Shown here: piece by piece, positions 10,266 to 20,035 of the stretch
Layout of the letters: the number at the start of each line of letters is the position of its first letter
How positions within the stretch are numbered: position 1 is the first letter of the stretch
Origin: Candidatus Kapaibacterium sp.
GTDB lineage: Bacteria > Bacteroidota > Ignavibacteria > Kapaibacteriales > UBA2268
Reading direction: 5' to 3'
Assembly (NCBI GenBank): GCA_963664875.1
Contig: OY761611.1
Coordinates: 896,001 to 960,000, forward strand
DNA: 64,000 bases
Position numbers and translations under genes: made by a program
The notes under the pieces: model-generated
The model's input: only the letters and a program-made list of their open reading frames with translations
Database searches by the model: none
What the model was told of the DNA's origin: nothing

Positions 10266-11519
10266 TTATTCTTTTGTTTTTGCGTCTTTTTCTTTCTTAA
10301 TCTTAGAACCATCTTCCAGCAGCTTGCTTACGGCTGTAAAGTTTCCGGTTACTATTTCCTGTTTATCACTTAATCCGCTGACAATTTCAATAAAACCACT
10401 ATCGGAAACTCCTGTTTCGACAACAGTTTGTTTTACTGAATCACCTGAGACTACAAAAACTAATGAAGGAGGAATATCTGATTTTTCTACAGCTTCTTCA
10501 GTTTTAAACTGATTTGATTTCTGTTCTGTTTCATTTTGTTCTCTTTTATCAATGCGAACAGTTACTGCCTGCAAAGGAACAGAAAGCACATTATATTTTG
10601 TTTGCGTATTGATTTCTACATTGCAGCTCATACCGGGACGCATCTTAACATCTTTCTCGAGCAACCTAACTTTTACAGAGAAGTTTGTTACCTGATCTTG
10701 AGAGCCGAGCGATGATACTTGAGCAGAGTGCCCAATTTCAATTACCTGACCTAAAAACTTTTTATTAGGAAAAGCATCTACTTCAACATAAGCTGTGTCA
10801 CCAATATCAACCAAAACGATATCATTTTCATCTATATCAACCACTGCATTCATCACACTCAAATCAGAAACTCTAAGCATTTCTGTACCCTGCATCATCT
10901 CAGTGCCGACTACTTTTTCACCTTTTTCTACAGCAAGTTTTGTAACAGTACCTGCAATAGGAGCGTATATAGCAGTTCTTTCAGCATTCCTTTCGATTTC
11001 TCTGTATGCGGCTTCACTACGTTCCAAACCTGAAAGTGAGGATTTGTAGGCTGCCAGAGCAGTCTGATATGTACTTTCTGCTCTTTCGAAATCTGACTTA
11101 GAAGCAAATTCTTTTTTATAAAGCTCAGTTATTCTGGAAAGCTCTGATTTTGACCTTTCCATCTCAGCTTTTCTCATCTCAATTTCCATTTTTGAGGCAT
11201 CTAAACCGGCTTTATACTGATCTAAGCGCGTTTGGATGATGTCGGGCTTGATTTTGACTAAAAGCTGATTGGCAGAAACTGTATCGCCTTCCTCTATTCC
11301 GAGATAAATTATCTCTCCGCTTGTTTCCGGTGATATTTTAACCTCTGTTTCAGGATTGATTCTGCCTATTGCAGAGACTTTTTGCGATATAGTTCTTCTT
11401 TCAACTTTTTGTGTTTTTACAGTCAATATCTGCTCACGGCTACAAGCTGAAAACACCAAGCCAGCTAATAATATTGACATTACTGTTGTTTTGATATTGA
11501 AATACTTAGATGAAAACAT
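10266..11519 (-). CDS. efflux periplasmic adaptor (MacA/HlyD family)
   Basis: Lipoyl-like halves, coiled hairpin, [15 protein letters not shown]; exact start uncertain. Confidence 0.9.
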   Translation of the reverse strand: MFSSKYFNIKTTVMSILLAGLVFSACSREQILTVKTQKVERRTISQKVSAIGRINPETEVKISPETSGEIIYLGIEEGDTVSANQLLVKIKPDIIQTRLDQYKAGLDASKMEIEMRKAEMERSKSELSRITELYKKEFASKSDFERAESTYQTALAAYKSSLSGLERSEAAYREIERNAERTAIYAPIAGTVTKLAVEKGEKVVGTEMMQGTEMLRVSDLSVMNAVVDIDENDIVLVDIGDTAYVEVDAFPNKKFLGQVIEIGHSAQVSSLGSQDQVTNFSVKVRLLEKDVKMRPGMSCNVEINTQTKYNVLSVPLQAVTVRIDKREQNETEQKSNQFKTEEAVEKSDIPPSLVFVVSGDSVKQTVVETGVSDSGFIEIVSGLSDKQEIVTGNFTAVSKLLEDGSKIKKEKDAKTKE

Positions 11520-11543
11520 ATCTTCCAAATCCCGGATATTATT

Positions 11544-12185
11544 TTATATATTTCTTACTTTTTGAGCTTCTTCATCTGTCATTATTTCTGCTTTATAATA
11601 GACAGCAGTTTTTGCTATTAAGTCATGCAATGCTTGTTTCTTTTCAGAAAGTACGACAAAACAGCCAATAAATGCTATAACTCCGAATATTGATCCAAAT
11701 GTGCTTACCAAAGTCATTGATGTAACGAGGAAAAGTACATTTACTACCATTGAAATATTTTTCAAAGAAGCTCTGACTATAAGCGTATTAATGCTTGCCC
11801 ATGTTCTGTTAGAATTAGCAATCCTTAGTCCAAGCATCATTTTGCCAAGAGAAGCTCCGTAAATTACTTCCAACGAATAATAGAGAATACCCAATACTGT
11901 AGAGTACATGGTAATTTCATAGCCAATAGCTTCCATTTCCGCTATTGTATTCGGATCAGCTATACCGCCTTCCATTCCGGCTCCGATTATTGATGAGAAC
12001 TGTTCTAAATAAACTCCGAAAATTCCGGTAATAGAAAGAACAATAAGCAAAGCTGCAGAATAAATGACTACATCAATAAGCCATGCTGCAAATCTTTTTC
12101 CGAAGCCAACCCGAAAGTCTAACTCATCAACATAATCATACTGTTCGTAGTCAGGCAAATTTGAATTATTTAGATTTTCGCTCAT
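11544..12185 (-). CDS. RDD family membrane protein
   Basis: GFGKRFAAWLID, GASLGKMMLGLRI, KQALHDLIAKT. Confidence 0.88.
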   Translation of the reverse strand: MSENLNNSNLPDYEQYDYVDELDFRVGFGKRFAAWLIDVVIYSAALLIVLSITGIFGVYLEQFSSIIGAGMEGGIADPNTIAEMEAIGYEITMYSTVLGILYYSLEVIYGASLGKMMLGLRIANSNRTWASINTLIVRASLKNISMVVNVLFLVTSMTLVSTFGSIFGVIAFIGCFVVLSEKKQALHDLIAKTAVYYKAEIMTDEEAQKVRNI

Positions 12186-12210
12186 CACAAACCCCTTTTT
12201 GAAAATATTT

Positions 12211-13539
12211 TTAGAACTCACCTATAGAATAAAGCAACTCATTTTTTGCTTTATAATAATCATACACTGAATTTACTAAATTTATCTTAGTAGTAACTAA
12301 TTGCAAATTTGCATCATGCAGCTCATTTATAGATGCAGAGCCAACTTGGAATCTTTCTTTTGCACTTTCATAATTTCTTTCTGCAGATTTTATAGATTTC
12401 TGAGTGATTTCGAGTGTCTTTTCTGCTGCTTTGAGTGCTACATAAGCCATTTGAACCTGAGTTTTTACCTGCTGTTCTGTTCTTTCTTTTTCGACTTTGC
12501 TTTGCTCCACCTGAAGTTTTGCATTTTCGACCTGTCTGTCAGTAGAAAAGTTTGCAAAGATTGGCATACTTAGCGAAACACCTACGCTTGGAGACCCCTG
12601 ATCGAATCCTCCCCATTCACTGTTGCTCCAGGACCAACCGCCATTTGCTCTAATAACCGGAAGGTAATTAGCTCGAGCTGAACGGACAGATGTTTCAGCA
12701 ACTTCAATATTTATTTGACTCGCAGTCAAATCTTTTCTATTACTAACTGCTTGCTCTACCAAACCTGCAAAATTGCTGTACTTATCATTAAAAGCATCTA
12801 TTTCTGCATTGGTAATTGTTTCAGGCAAGCTGATTTTTTGAAATTCTGCACTTTCAACAGGATTTAACCCCATGTAGGCGAGCAAATCTGCTTTTGCCAT
12901 ACTAAGCTGGTTCTCGGAAGTTACAATTTGAAGTTCTCTATTGCCAAGGTCAGCTTCCTGAGCATAAACAGAACCAACAGGAATAACCCCTGCTTCGTAT
13001 TGAGCTTTTATGCGTTCTAACTCTTTGTTGCCCAAGTCAAAATTTTCTTTTCGGATTTCGACTATTCTATAGCTTTTAATGATTTCTATATACTTTTTAA
13101 TCACTTCGACTTTGACGTAGTCAATAGTCTGTTTATGACGGTAGTCATAAGCATCTTTTGTTTTGATAGCCCTATCATAATTTGCCTCTCTGGAAAATCC
13201 GTCAAAGAGAGTCCATGAAGCATTAGCGTTCATATAGTAACTATTCTGATCATTAACTGCTATTGGTATATTTGTACCACTGAAATTAAATGTCTTCTTT
13301 TCTTTCAAATCACGAGTATATCCCATATTAAAACTAATAGATGGAAGATACAATCCGAAGGCATTTACAAGGTCAGACTGAGTATTAGCAAGCTGAGCTT
13401 CACTCAGGTGAATATCATAATTCTTTTTGAGTGCTGTATTCAAGCATTCAGTAAGATTATATTCTTTAGTAGCTCCGGTAGTTTGAGCAAAAGAAGCTAA
13501 TGAACTCAAAATAAAAACAAAAACGATGACTTTTCGCAT
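12211..13539 (-). CDS. TolC family outer membrane efflux protein
   Basis: Signal peptide, two OEP-like repeats, position before MacA/MacB genes. Confidence 0.9.
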   Translation of the reverse strand: MRKVIVFVFILSSLASFAQTTGATKEYNLTECLNTALKKNYDIHLSEAQLANTQSDLVNAFGLYLPSISFNMGYTRDLKEKKTFNFSGTNIPIAVNDQNSYYMNANASWTLFDGFSREANYDRAIKTKDAYDYRHKQTIDYVKVEVIKKYIEIIKSYRIVEIRKENFDLGNKELERIKAQYEAGVIPVGSVYAQEADLGNRELQIVTSENQLSMAKADLLAYMGLNPVESAEFQKISLPETITNAEIDAFNDKYSNFAGLVEQAVSNRKDLTASQINIEVAETSVRSARANYLPVIRANGGWSWSNSEWGGFDQGSPSVGVSLSMPIFANFSTDRQVENAKLQVEQSKVEKERTEQQVKTQVQMAYVALKAAEKTLEITQKSIKSAERNYESAKERFQVGSASINELHDANLQLVTTKINLVNSVYDYYKAKNELLYSIGEF

Positions 13540-13623
13540 TTAAACACCAATTACTTAGTACAATACGAATAAATATACGGAAATTTCTAAAACTTGTTAC
13601 ACTTCGTGTTAAGATTTGAAGTT

Positions 13624-15096
13624 TTATTTCGGAGGATAGCTTTTTGGGGCAGACAGGTTACCTCTTGCATCTTTTGCAGAGATAGAAAATACAAAAGGTT
13701 TAGATGCATCTTTTGGCACAAAAGAAAAGGATTGAGTCCAAATAAGTTCTGACTTATTTTCTTTGAATTGACCTGCAAGTTCGGAATAGACAGCGTTGCC
13801 TTCTATCACAAAATCGCTCACATAGTTTTCTTTTCCGTCCACTATCCCATGTGATTTAGTCCATACATAAATCTGCTTATCAGACATCAACTGCAATCTC
13901 TCTATTTGAGGTTTTTCAAAATCTTTTATTTTGATATAGTATTTCTGCCCGTAAATCTGATTATCTGATTTGCGGAAAAATACAAAATCCTGTCCAATAT
14001 CATTTGCAGAAGGAGTGAAGTTTATCATTTCACCTTGCGAATATGCTACTGTCGTTCCTGATGAGTTTTGTAGAAAAGCCTCCAATTTATTGAAACTGGT
14101 TAGCGGAAGAGCAGGATCTATCTTGTAGGCTACATTTGGATACATTGCTTTAGGCAATTGAGGCTCAGATATTCTTAAAGGTTCAACTTTGAATCTTGCC
14201 CATGTGTTTTGCTGGTCATTTCTTTTGACAAATAGAGTAACAGTCATATCTCCATAACTTGGAGTAACACCTTCTATAATTATAGAATCCTTTCCAATGT
14301 AAGTAATTTCTGCAGAAGCAGATTCAGGTATCACTTCTATCTTTGGTCTGGAATCAAAAGTAAATGTTCGATTATCTATACCGGAGATTATACACTTGTT
14401 TTTCCATTTTTTGCGAGCTAAAGCAGTAACTTTACTTTGCTCGAAAAACAGATTCAAATCTACATTTGCAAAACCGGATGAATAATTAGGATTCAAAACA
14501 TTTTGCCGATTATTTGCATTCTGTTCGTCATTAGCTGATGTGTTATTATTAGCAATATTTAGCTCTCTTCCGGAGATAAATTCCCCGCTTCCTTCGATAA
14601 ATACATTAAGCAAGAACTCTGTATTAGCAGTAATGCTTTTGCCTGAAGAAATATCGACAGCCGTTCCGGTAATTTTTACTATATATTCCGTATTTTCCAG
14701 ACGATCTACAGGAGGATTCCAAACGAATTCTGCAGATTTGAGATGTTCAATTTTTTTCATTGAAAAGTGAGGATTCGCAGCGATATTTACCTTCTGAATT
14801 TCAGAATTATTCTGATTCAATACCCTTACAGAATACTCTACATTTTTTACATCGCCTTGGAAGTGAATGATATTAATAGAATCTAAGTAAGTTAATATTG
14901 GCTCTGAGTCTCTGAATTCAATCTTACAATTAAGCAAAGTCTTTTCCGGCCAAATCTCAAAAGAGCTACTAAAAAAACCGCTCCCTGAACTATCAGAAAA
15001 CTTCAGTTTCCCCGGTAGCAAAAAAATCAAGGCAGCAATATATAAAACAAAATATATCTCTACCTGACGTTTCCTTTTGATAGGCTTTATTTTCAT
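13624..15096 (-). CDS. single-TM periplasmic protein, putative divergent GldM/PorM-like
   Basis: Basic N-terminus KRKRQVEIYFVLYIAALIFL then beta-rich periplasmic body; start overlaps the stop of the GldL-like gene (TAATG). Confidence 0.5.
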   Translation of the reverse strand: MKIKPIKRKRQVEIYFVLYIAALIFLLPGKLKFSDSSGSGFFSSSFEIWPEKTLLNCKIEFRDSEPILTYLDSINIIHFQGDVKNVEYSVRVLNQNNSEIQKVNIAANPHFSMKKIEHLKSAEFVWNPPVDRLENTEYIVKITGTAVDISSGKSITANTEFLLNVFIEGSGEFISGRELNIANNNTSANDEQNANNRQNVLNPNYSSGFANVDLNLFFEQSKVTALARKKWKNKCIISGIDNRTFTFDSRPKIEVIPESASAEITYIGKDSIIIEGVTPSYGDMTVTLFVKRNDQQNTWARFKVEPLRISEPQLPKAMYPNVAYKIDPALPLTSFNKLEAFLQNSSGTTVAYSQGEMINFTPSANDIGQDFVFFRKSDNQIYGQKYYIKIKDFEKPQIERLQLMSDKQIYVWTKSHGIVDGKENYVSDFVIEGNAVYSELAGQFKENKSELIWTQSFSFVPKDASKPFVFSISAKDARGNLSAPKSYPPK

Positions 15097-15884
15097 TAGC
15101 TATTTACTCTTTGAACAAGTATTTTTTCTAATTCGCCTCTGACAGCAGCTTGTATTTCTTTTTCCTTTATGGAATGTGCTGTGGTGCTAAGTTCCTCTAT
15201 AGCAAATTTGAATTTTTTCAGTTCCTCATTTGTTTCACGCATAGTGTCGAGCATTTGGTCATTTGGCTTAATTTTTTTATCTGTCTGCTCAATTATTTCA
15301 GCCATCATCGAAAGCATCTTGGTCTGCAGTTCGTAAGATTTATTCATATTGTCAGTCAGTTGTTCCATTTGCACTACAACAGCTGCAAAGTCTCGTCCTA
15401 TCTCGCCGATTTCAGTTACAAGTTCATTGATAAGGTCATCCTCGTCCTTTTCATCTTCAAACTGCACCATATCGTCATTCGGAGAAAAAAGCATAACTAA
15501 AAACATAAACAGAAGCATAAGAGATTCGAAAGCAATGCCAAGAATCACCATTTCGCCGCTAACATGTTCACTGAACTGTCTGATACCAATCAGTACAAGC
15601 AAAATTGCAGCCCCAAAATAGACAAATGAGCTTATGGAAGAATAATAGAATCTATTTACAACTTCTTCCATCCAAAGCGCAGTACCCTTGATAAATCCCA
15701 ATGGATGCATCAAGCTGACTTCAGTATTAATAAATTTGCTCAAATCTCTTTCTTTCACACAGATAGACCACATGATAAAAAGAGTAGGAACACCTGCTCT
15801 CTGCCTTTCGTATCTTAGCTCGAAAAAAATATCTCTTAGTAGTTTCCTACCTCTAAGAGACTGTAGTGTATCTATCTTTTGCAT
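15096..15884 (-). CDS. putative GldL/PorL-like membrane protein
   Basis: Two TMs, YFGAAILLVLIG and GIAFESLMLLFMFLVMLFSP (intramembrane Glu), then coiled-coil tail; start MQKIDT overlaps the upstream stop. Confidence 0.55.
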   Translation of the reverse strand: MQKIDTLQSLRGRKLLRDIFFELRYERQRAGVPTLFIMWSICVKERDLSKFINTEVSLMHPLGFIKGTALWMEEVVNRFYYSSISSFVYFGAAILLVLIGIRQFSEHVSGEMVILGIAFESLMLLFMFLVMLFSPNDDMVQFEDEKDEDDLINELVTEIGEIGRDFAAVVVQMEQLTDNMNKSYELQTKMLSMMAEIIEQTDKKIKPNDQMLDTMRETNEELKKFKFAIEELSTTAHSIKEKEIQAAVRGELEKILVQRVNS

Positions 15885-16963
15885 TATGTTCTCGATTTTA
15901 ATACAACAATTACACCGATAAAAAAGAAGATAATGTTTGCAAGCCAAGCGCTTAGTATCGGTTCCATACCCATAGTGTTTCCAATGGTTTTGCCTACTTC
16001 CGTAAAAATCAGATAGGAAAATGCCGCAATCATTGCAGCAGCTATTTGCACAGCTATACCTCCTTTCTTCCTAACAGAAGCAAAAGGCACACCAAAAAGA
16101 ACAACTATAAAGTTAGCAAAAGGAAAAGCAATCATACCATGATAATCTATTATGTGATTGGTCACGTCTTTGCCACCCCTCTTGAGCAATTCGATATATT
16201 CTTCATATTCCGGCAATGTCATTTCTTCAGGCTCTCTTTTGAGCTGAGCTATCTGATGATGTTTTGTATTCAAAGATACTTTTAAAGAATCAAATACGTA
16301 AACAGATACAGAATCTTTCCAAAACTTCCTGCTAATACCATTGATTAGCAGCCACTTCCCTGTACTATCCCACTGCATCTTTTGAGCTTCTATTCTACTT
16401 TTGAGTCTTGGTTGCATTTTAGAAGTAAACTCTTCAATAGCAACTGTATTGCCTTCACGCCTATCAGGATTGTAATAGCTTAAAATTAAATTTTTCAGAG
16501 GAGTGTCTTTCATGTACAAATCGTAAATGGAACCGCCCTTCCCTGTCTTTTTGAGATATACTTTTTCTATTTCTAATTTTGTCTGGTTTGCCTGTGGCAC
16601 AATCCAGCCATTGAAATATAATTGCCCCAACGAAAAAACAAAACTGATAACAAGCATAGGTAACATCATACGATATAAACTCAATCCGCCTGTTTTCATA
16701 GCAGTGATTTCATTCATCGTAGATAATTTTCCAAATGTAAACAGAACTGCAAGCAGCATCCCAATTGGAGTCAATATTTTTAAAATTTCAGGGAACAAAG
16801 ACAGATAATATTTGGCTATTAGAGAAAACTCCAGCTTTTCGCGTAGGAACTCCTCTAAATTTTCCATCAGATTAACGATAAGGAAAATCACACAAAGAGC
16901 AATCAATGCAAAAAACAATGTGCTGATAAACTGTTTTAGTATATATCTGTCAATCAGATTCAT
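15884..16963 (-). CDS. LPS export permease LptF/LptG family
   Basis: IDRYILKQF, NEITAMKTGGLSLYR, AFPFANFIVVLFGVPF, AWLANIIF. Confidence 0.9.
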   Translation of the reverse strand: MNLIDRYILKQFISTLFFALIALCVIFLIVNLMENLEEFLREKLEFSLIAKYYLSLFPEILKILTPIGMLLAVLFTFGKLSTMNEITAMKTGGLSLYRMMLPMLVISFVFSLGQLYFNGWIVPQANQTKLEIEKVYLKKTGKGGSIYDLYMKDTPLKNLILSYYNPDRREGNTVAIEEFTSKMQPRLKSRIEAQKMQWDSTGKWLLINGISRKFWKDSVSVYVFDSLKVSLNTKHHQIAQLKREPEEMTLPEYEEYIELLKRGGKDVTNHIIDYHGMIAFPFANFIVVLFGVPFASVRKKGGIAVQIAAAMIAAFSYLIFTEVGKTIGNTMGMEPILSAWLANIIFFFIGVIVVLKSRT

Positions 16964-19207
16964 TTATGCCTTCTTCTCAAAATAATAAACTGCACCAATC
17001 CCTAAAAGTGATGCCAGCAATGTAATAATACTAATAGTTTTTCCGGTATTGAGCGTATCAGAATCATAGTACATTTTTATTTGACTTTTACCTTTACTGA
17101 CAGGCAAAGCTCTAAAGGAGTAATTTGCATTTAGCACTTCAGTAGTTTTGCCATTTATTTCAGCTTTCCAAGCTGGGTAATAAATTTCGCTAAAAACGAT
17201 AAAAGCATTTGCATCCGACTCGACTTCTAATTCTATCTCATTAGCTTCATATTTTTTGAAGTTTATGTTACTAACGCTACCTTCGGAAGTTTGATGATTC
17301 ACATCTTTGGTGAAAATAACTTCTTTCGAGTAGTCAAATTCGTCAGCTCTCATCTTTTTGTCTATTTCTTCAGCACTAACCACTTTTTTAGAGTAAACAA
17401 GCCATGCTCTTGGGAACATATTAGGCTTTTCAAAAAATTGAGGTTGACCTGTCTGTTGATCTATTCCGATTTCATACTTAACATTATATAGATTATTAAC
17501 CTTATCACGACCTTCTATCGGTGGCAAAACATTAGCCAATATCAAAGGATTGTATCCTTCAGTCAATTGGATTCTGTCAATCATACCTTGATTTCTGTTA
17601 AATGCCATGAAAGAAGGATTATACATCCTCGAATTTACACGATATTGATTATTTGGGTCATCAGGAGTAAAAAGCTCAACCAGAGACCTATCTATTACAT
17701 ATTTTGATTCAGGATTTTCTTTTGAAGCATTAAAATCAGCAGTTGCAAAGTATAAATCTCCAAATACTAATAATGCAAGTAAGATGCCGGCAATTGAAGT
17801 AGGCATTTTCTTTTTAGCAAGAAAACGAACAAACAACAATGCAATACCTGACATCAAAAAGAGAAGTGTGCCCTGCATTGTTACACCTTTTTCAATTTGC
17901 TGAGGAGTATCAAACAAGGAAGACGTCCCTCCTGCCAAAGTAATCACACCAAAAAGAATTCCGACACCAAATACTATGTAAATCCATTTTTTGATTTCAT
18001 TAAAATCAGTTTTTGCAGCAAAATCAATAGCTTTACCTGCAAATACGGAGAACGCAAGAATAAAGAAAAGCATCATCCTTGCAGGCATTCTAAAAGAATC
18101 AAAGAGAGGTAAACCATAAAAAATCTTATGGATAAAGAAATTATCTCCGAGCGAATAAAGCAATCCAAGCAATCCCATTGCAAGCAAAAAGATATTTAAA
18201 GGCTCTTTATAATTAAGAACCAAATAAAATATTCCCAGTAAAAATACAATAGCTCCAAAATAAAAGGCAGTTTCCCAATAGTAATAATAAGGAAGCTGAG
18301 TGCTTCCATCTGAAAGATAAAACGGAAACTTATTATTTCTTTCAGGTAACATCTTGCCAAATGCATTTGGCAGCAAAGTACCACTTATCTGTTTAATCTG
18401 CAATGAGCCTTCAGTAGATTTCTCGTAAGTCATTTCGTTTCTTTGAGAAAGTTTTGCAAGTTCGGAAGAAGGCAAATATTGAATAGCAAATATTCCGACT
18501 CCAATCACAAAAGGCAGCAAAAAAGATAAAACTATTTTGACTTTGCTGCTTTCCTGAGATTTGAACATCAAAACTACTTTAAAGATGCTAAATATGCCAA
18601 GGTAAAACACTTCAAAAAGGGTCATCTGTGGATGTCCCGAAAGCATACTGAAACCGAGAATCAAACCGGAGTATATTGCAAATTGTACTTTCCTTTCTTC
18701 AAAGGCTTTGTCCAAAAATGCGATTACAAGAGGGAACCATGCCATGTGATAAATCATCATAGGATGAATTACGTGCATCACCATTAGTCCACTAAATGAG
18801 TATGCCACAGATGATATTAAAGCTCCGCCTTGACCCGACTTCCACTGCCGAGCAAGTATATACATAGAAATTTGTGCAATGAGAAAATGAAAGATAACAA
18901 GTAATTGCAATGGCTCAACCGGCAACTTGCCGTTTTCGACAAAAAAGTCCATTAAGCGGTTCAGCGGATAATAATACCCTACCTGCAAATCAGCAATAAA
19001 TGGCATACCTACAAAGGTGTATGGATTCCAAAACGGAGTCTCTCCCTTAGCGGATTCGGAAGCGGCATAAGATTGGACAGGATACACATACTCTGCAAAG
19101 TCTTCCCAAAAATAGGTTTTACCGCTTATTTGACTACCAAAAAAGACAAAAGTAGTGATAGCAAAGAATAAAATAATACCCCAAAAAGGTATCTTAAAAT
19201 CTTTCAT
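16964..19207 (-). CDS. YfhO family membrane protein (GT-C-like)
   Basis: PFWNPYTFVGMPF, FRMPAR, EIYYPAWKAEING; many TM helices. Confidence 0.85.
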   Translation of the reverse strand: MKDFKIPFWGIILFFAITTFVFFGSQISGKTYFWEDFAEYVYPVQSYAASESAKGETPFWNPYTFVGMPFIADLQVGYYYPLNRLMDFFVENGKLPVEPLQLLVIFHFLIAQISMYILARQWKSGQGGALISSVAYSFSGLMVMHVIHPMMIYHMAWFPLVIAFLDKAFEERKVQFAIYSGLILGFSMLSGHPQMTLFEVFYLGIFSIFKVVLMFKSQESSKVKIVLSFLLPFVIGVGIFAIQYLPSSELAKLSQRNEMTYEKSTEGSLQIKQISGTLLPNAFGKMLPERNNKFPFYLSDGSTQLPYYYYWETAFYFGAIVFLLGIFYLVLNYKEPLNIFLLAMGLLGLLYSLGDNFFIHKIFYGLPLFDSFRMPARMMLFFILAFSVFAGKAIDFAAKTDFNEIKKWIYIVFGVGILFGVITLAGGTSSLFDTPQQIEKGVTMQGTLLFLMSGIALLFVRFLAKKKMPTSIAGILLALLVFGDLYFATADFNASKENPESKYVIDRSLVELFTPDDPNNQYRVNSRMYNPSFMAFNRNQGMIDRIQLTEGYNPLILANVLPPIEGRDKVNNLYNVKYEIGIDQQTGQPQFFEKPNMFPRAWLVYSKKVVSAEEIDKKMRADEFDYSKEVIFTKDVNHQTSEGSVSNINFKKYEANEIELEVESDANAFIVFSEIYYPAWKAEINGKTTEVLNANYSFRALPVSKGKSQIKMYYDSDTLNTGKTISIITLLASLLGIGAVYYFEKKA

Positions 19208-19208
19208 T

Positions 19209-19952
19209 TTATTTTCCTGATTTTTGTGCAATTACAATTATGGATAACCCAAATGGTAAAGATATCGAAGGCAAGAGTTTAGATTCCAAAGCAAATATCT
19301 TGTGAAACAATTTGTTCATTCCCGGCGATACTTTATCAACAGGATCTTTATGTTTCTCTTCTTTACCTGTAATTTTGTCAATTTTACGCTTTAAAAAGGC
19401 AGGTAAAAATAGAAACGAATTGAAATAACTTGAATATTTTACTTTAAAACCTGAGTTTTCGATTCGATTGAGTACTTCTGCTTTAGTATATCTCCGATAG
19501 TGCATATGAATTTCATCATGTTTGCTCCACATCCAACTATACGCCGGAACTGTCATTACATAATAAGCACCCTCTTTCAGAATCGAATGTACATCATTCA
19601 ATGCTGTCCTATCATCTTCGATATGTTCGAGCACATCGAGCATGATCGCAGCATCAAACTTCTCCACTTCAGGAGGAAGACTATCTATGGTAGAATTATA
19701 GAGATTGCTCAATCCTCTTTTCCTGCAATAATCAAGAGCAGTCTCAGATGTATCCAGACATGAGATATTGTAATCTTTAGAAATGTAAGAAGCAAAACCA
19801 CCTGTTCCGCATCCAATATCTAAAATTCTGGATTGCTCAGAGAGCGATGGTATTATTTTTTTTATGATTTTAGAAATGATGATATTTCTTGCAGTGAACC
19901 ACCAATATGTATCTTCATTTTGGTAATTTGTGTGATAAACTATTTCTTGCAT
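19209..19952 (-). CDS. class I SAM-dependent methyltransferase
   Basis: ILDIGCGTG, DVLEHIEDD, HYRRY. Confidence 0.9.
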   Translation of the reverse strand: MQEIVYHTNYQNEDTYWWFTARNIIISKIIKKIIPSLSEQSRILDIGCGTGGFASYISKDYNISCLDTSETALDYCRKRGLSNLYNSTIDSLPPEVEKFDAAIMLDVLEHIEDDRTALNDVHSILKEGAYYVMTVPAYSWMWSKHDEIHMHYRRYTKAEVLNRIENSGFKVKYSSYFNSFLFLPAFLKRKIDKITGKEEKHKDPVDKVSPGMNKLFHKIFALESKLLPSISLPFGLSIIVIAQKSGK

Positions 19953-20035
19953 CTATATACTTATTTATTTTAATCTTACAAAGTATTGCAATTTAAAGGC
20001 TGCTATCTTATAAAACAAGTATTTAGTTGCAATAA

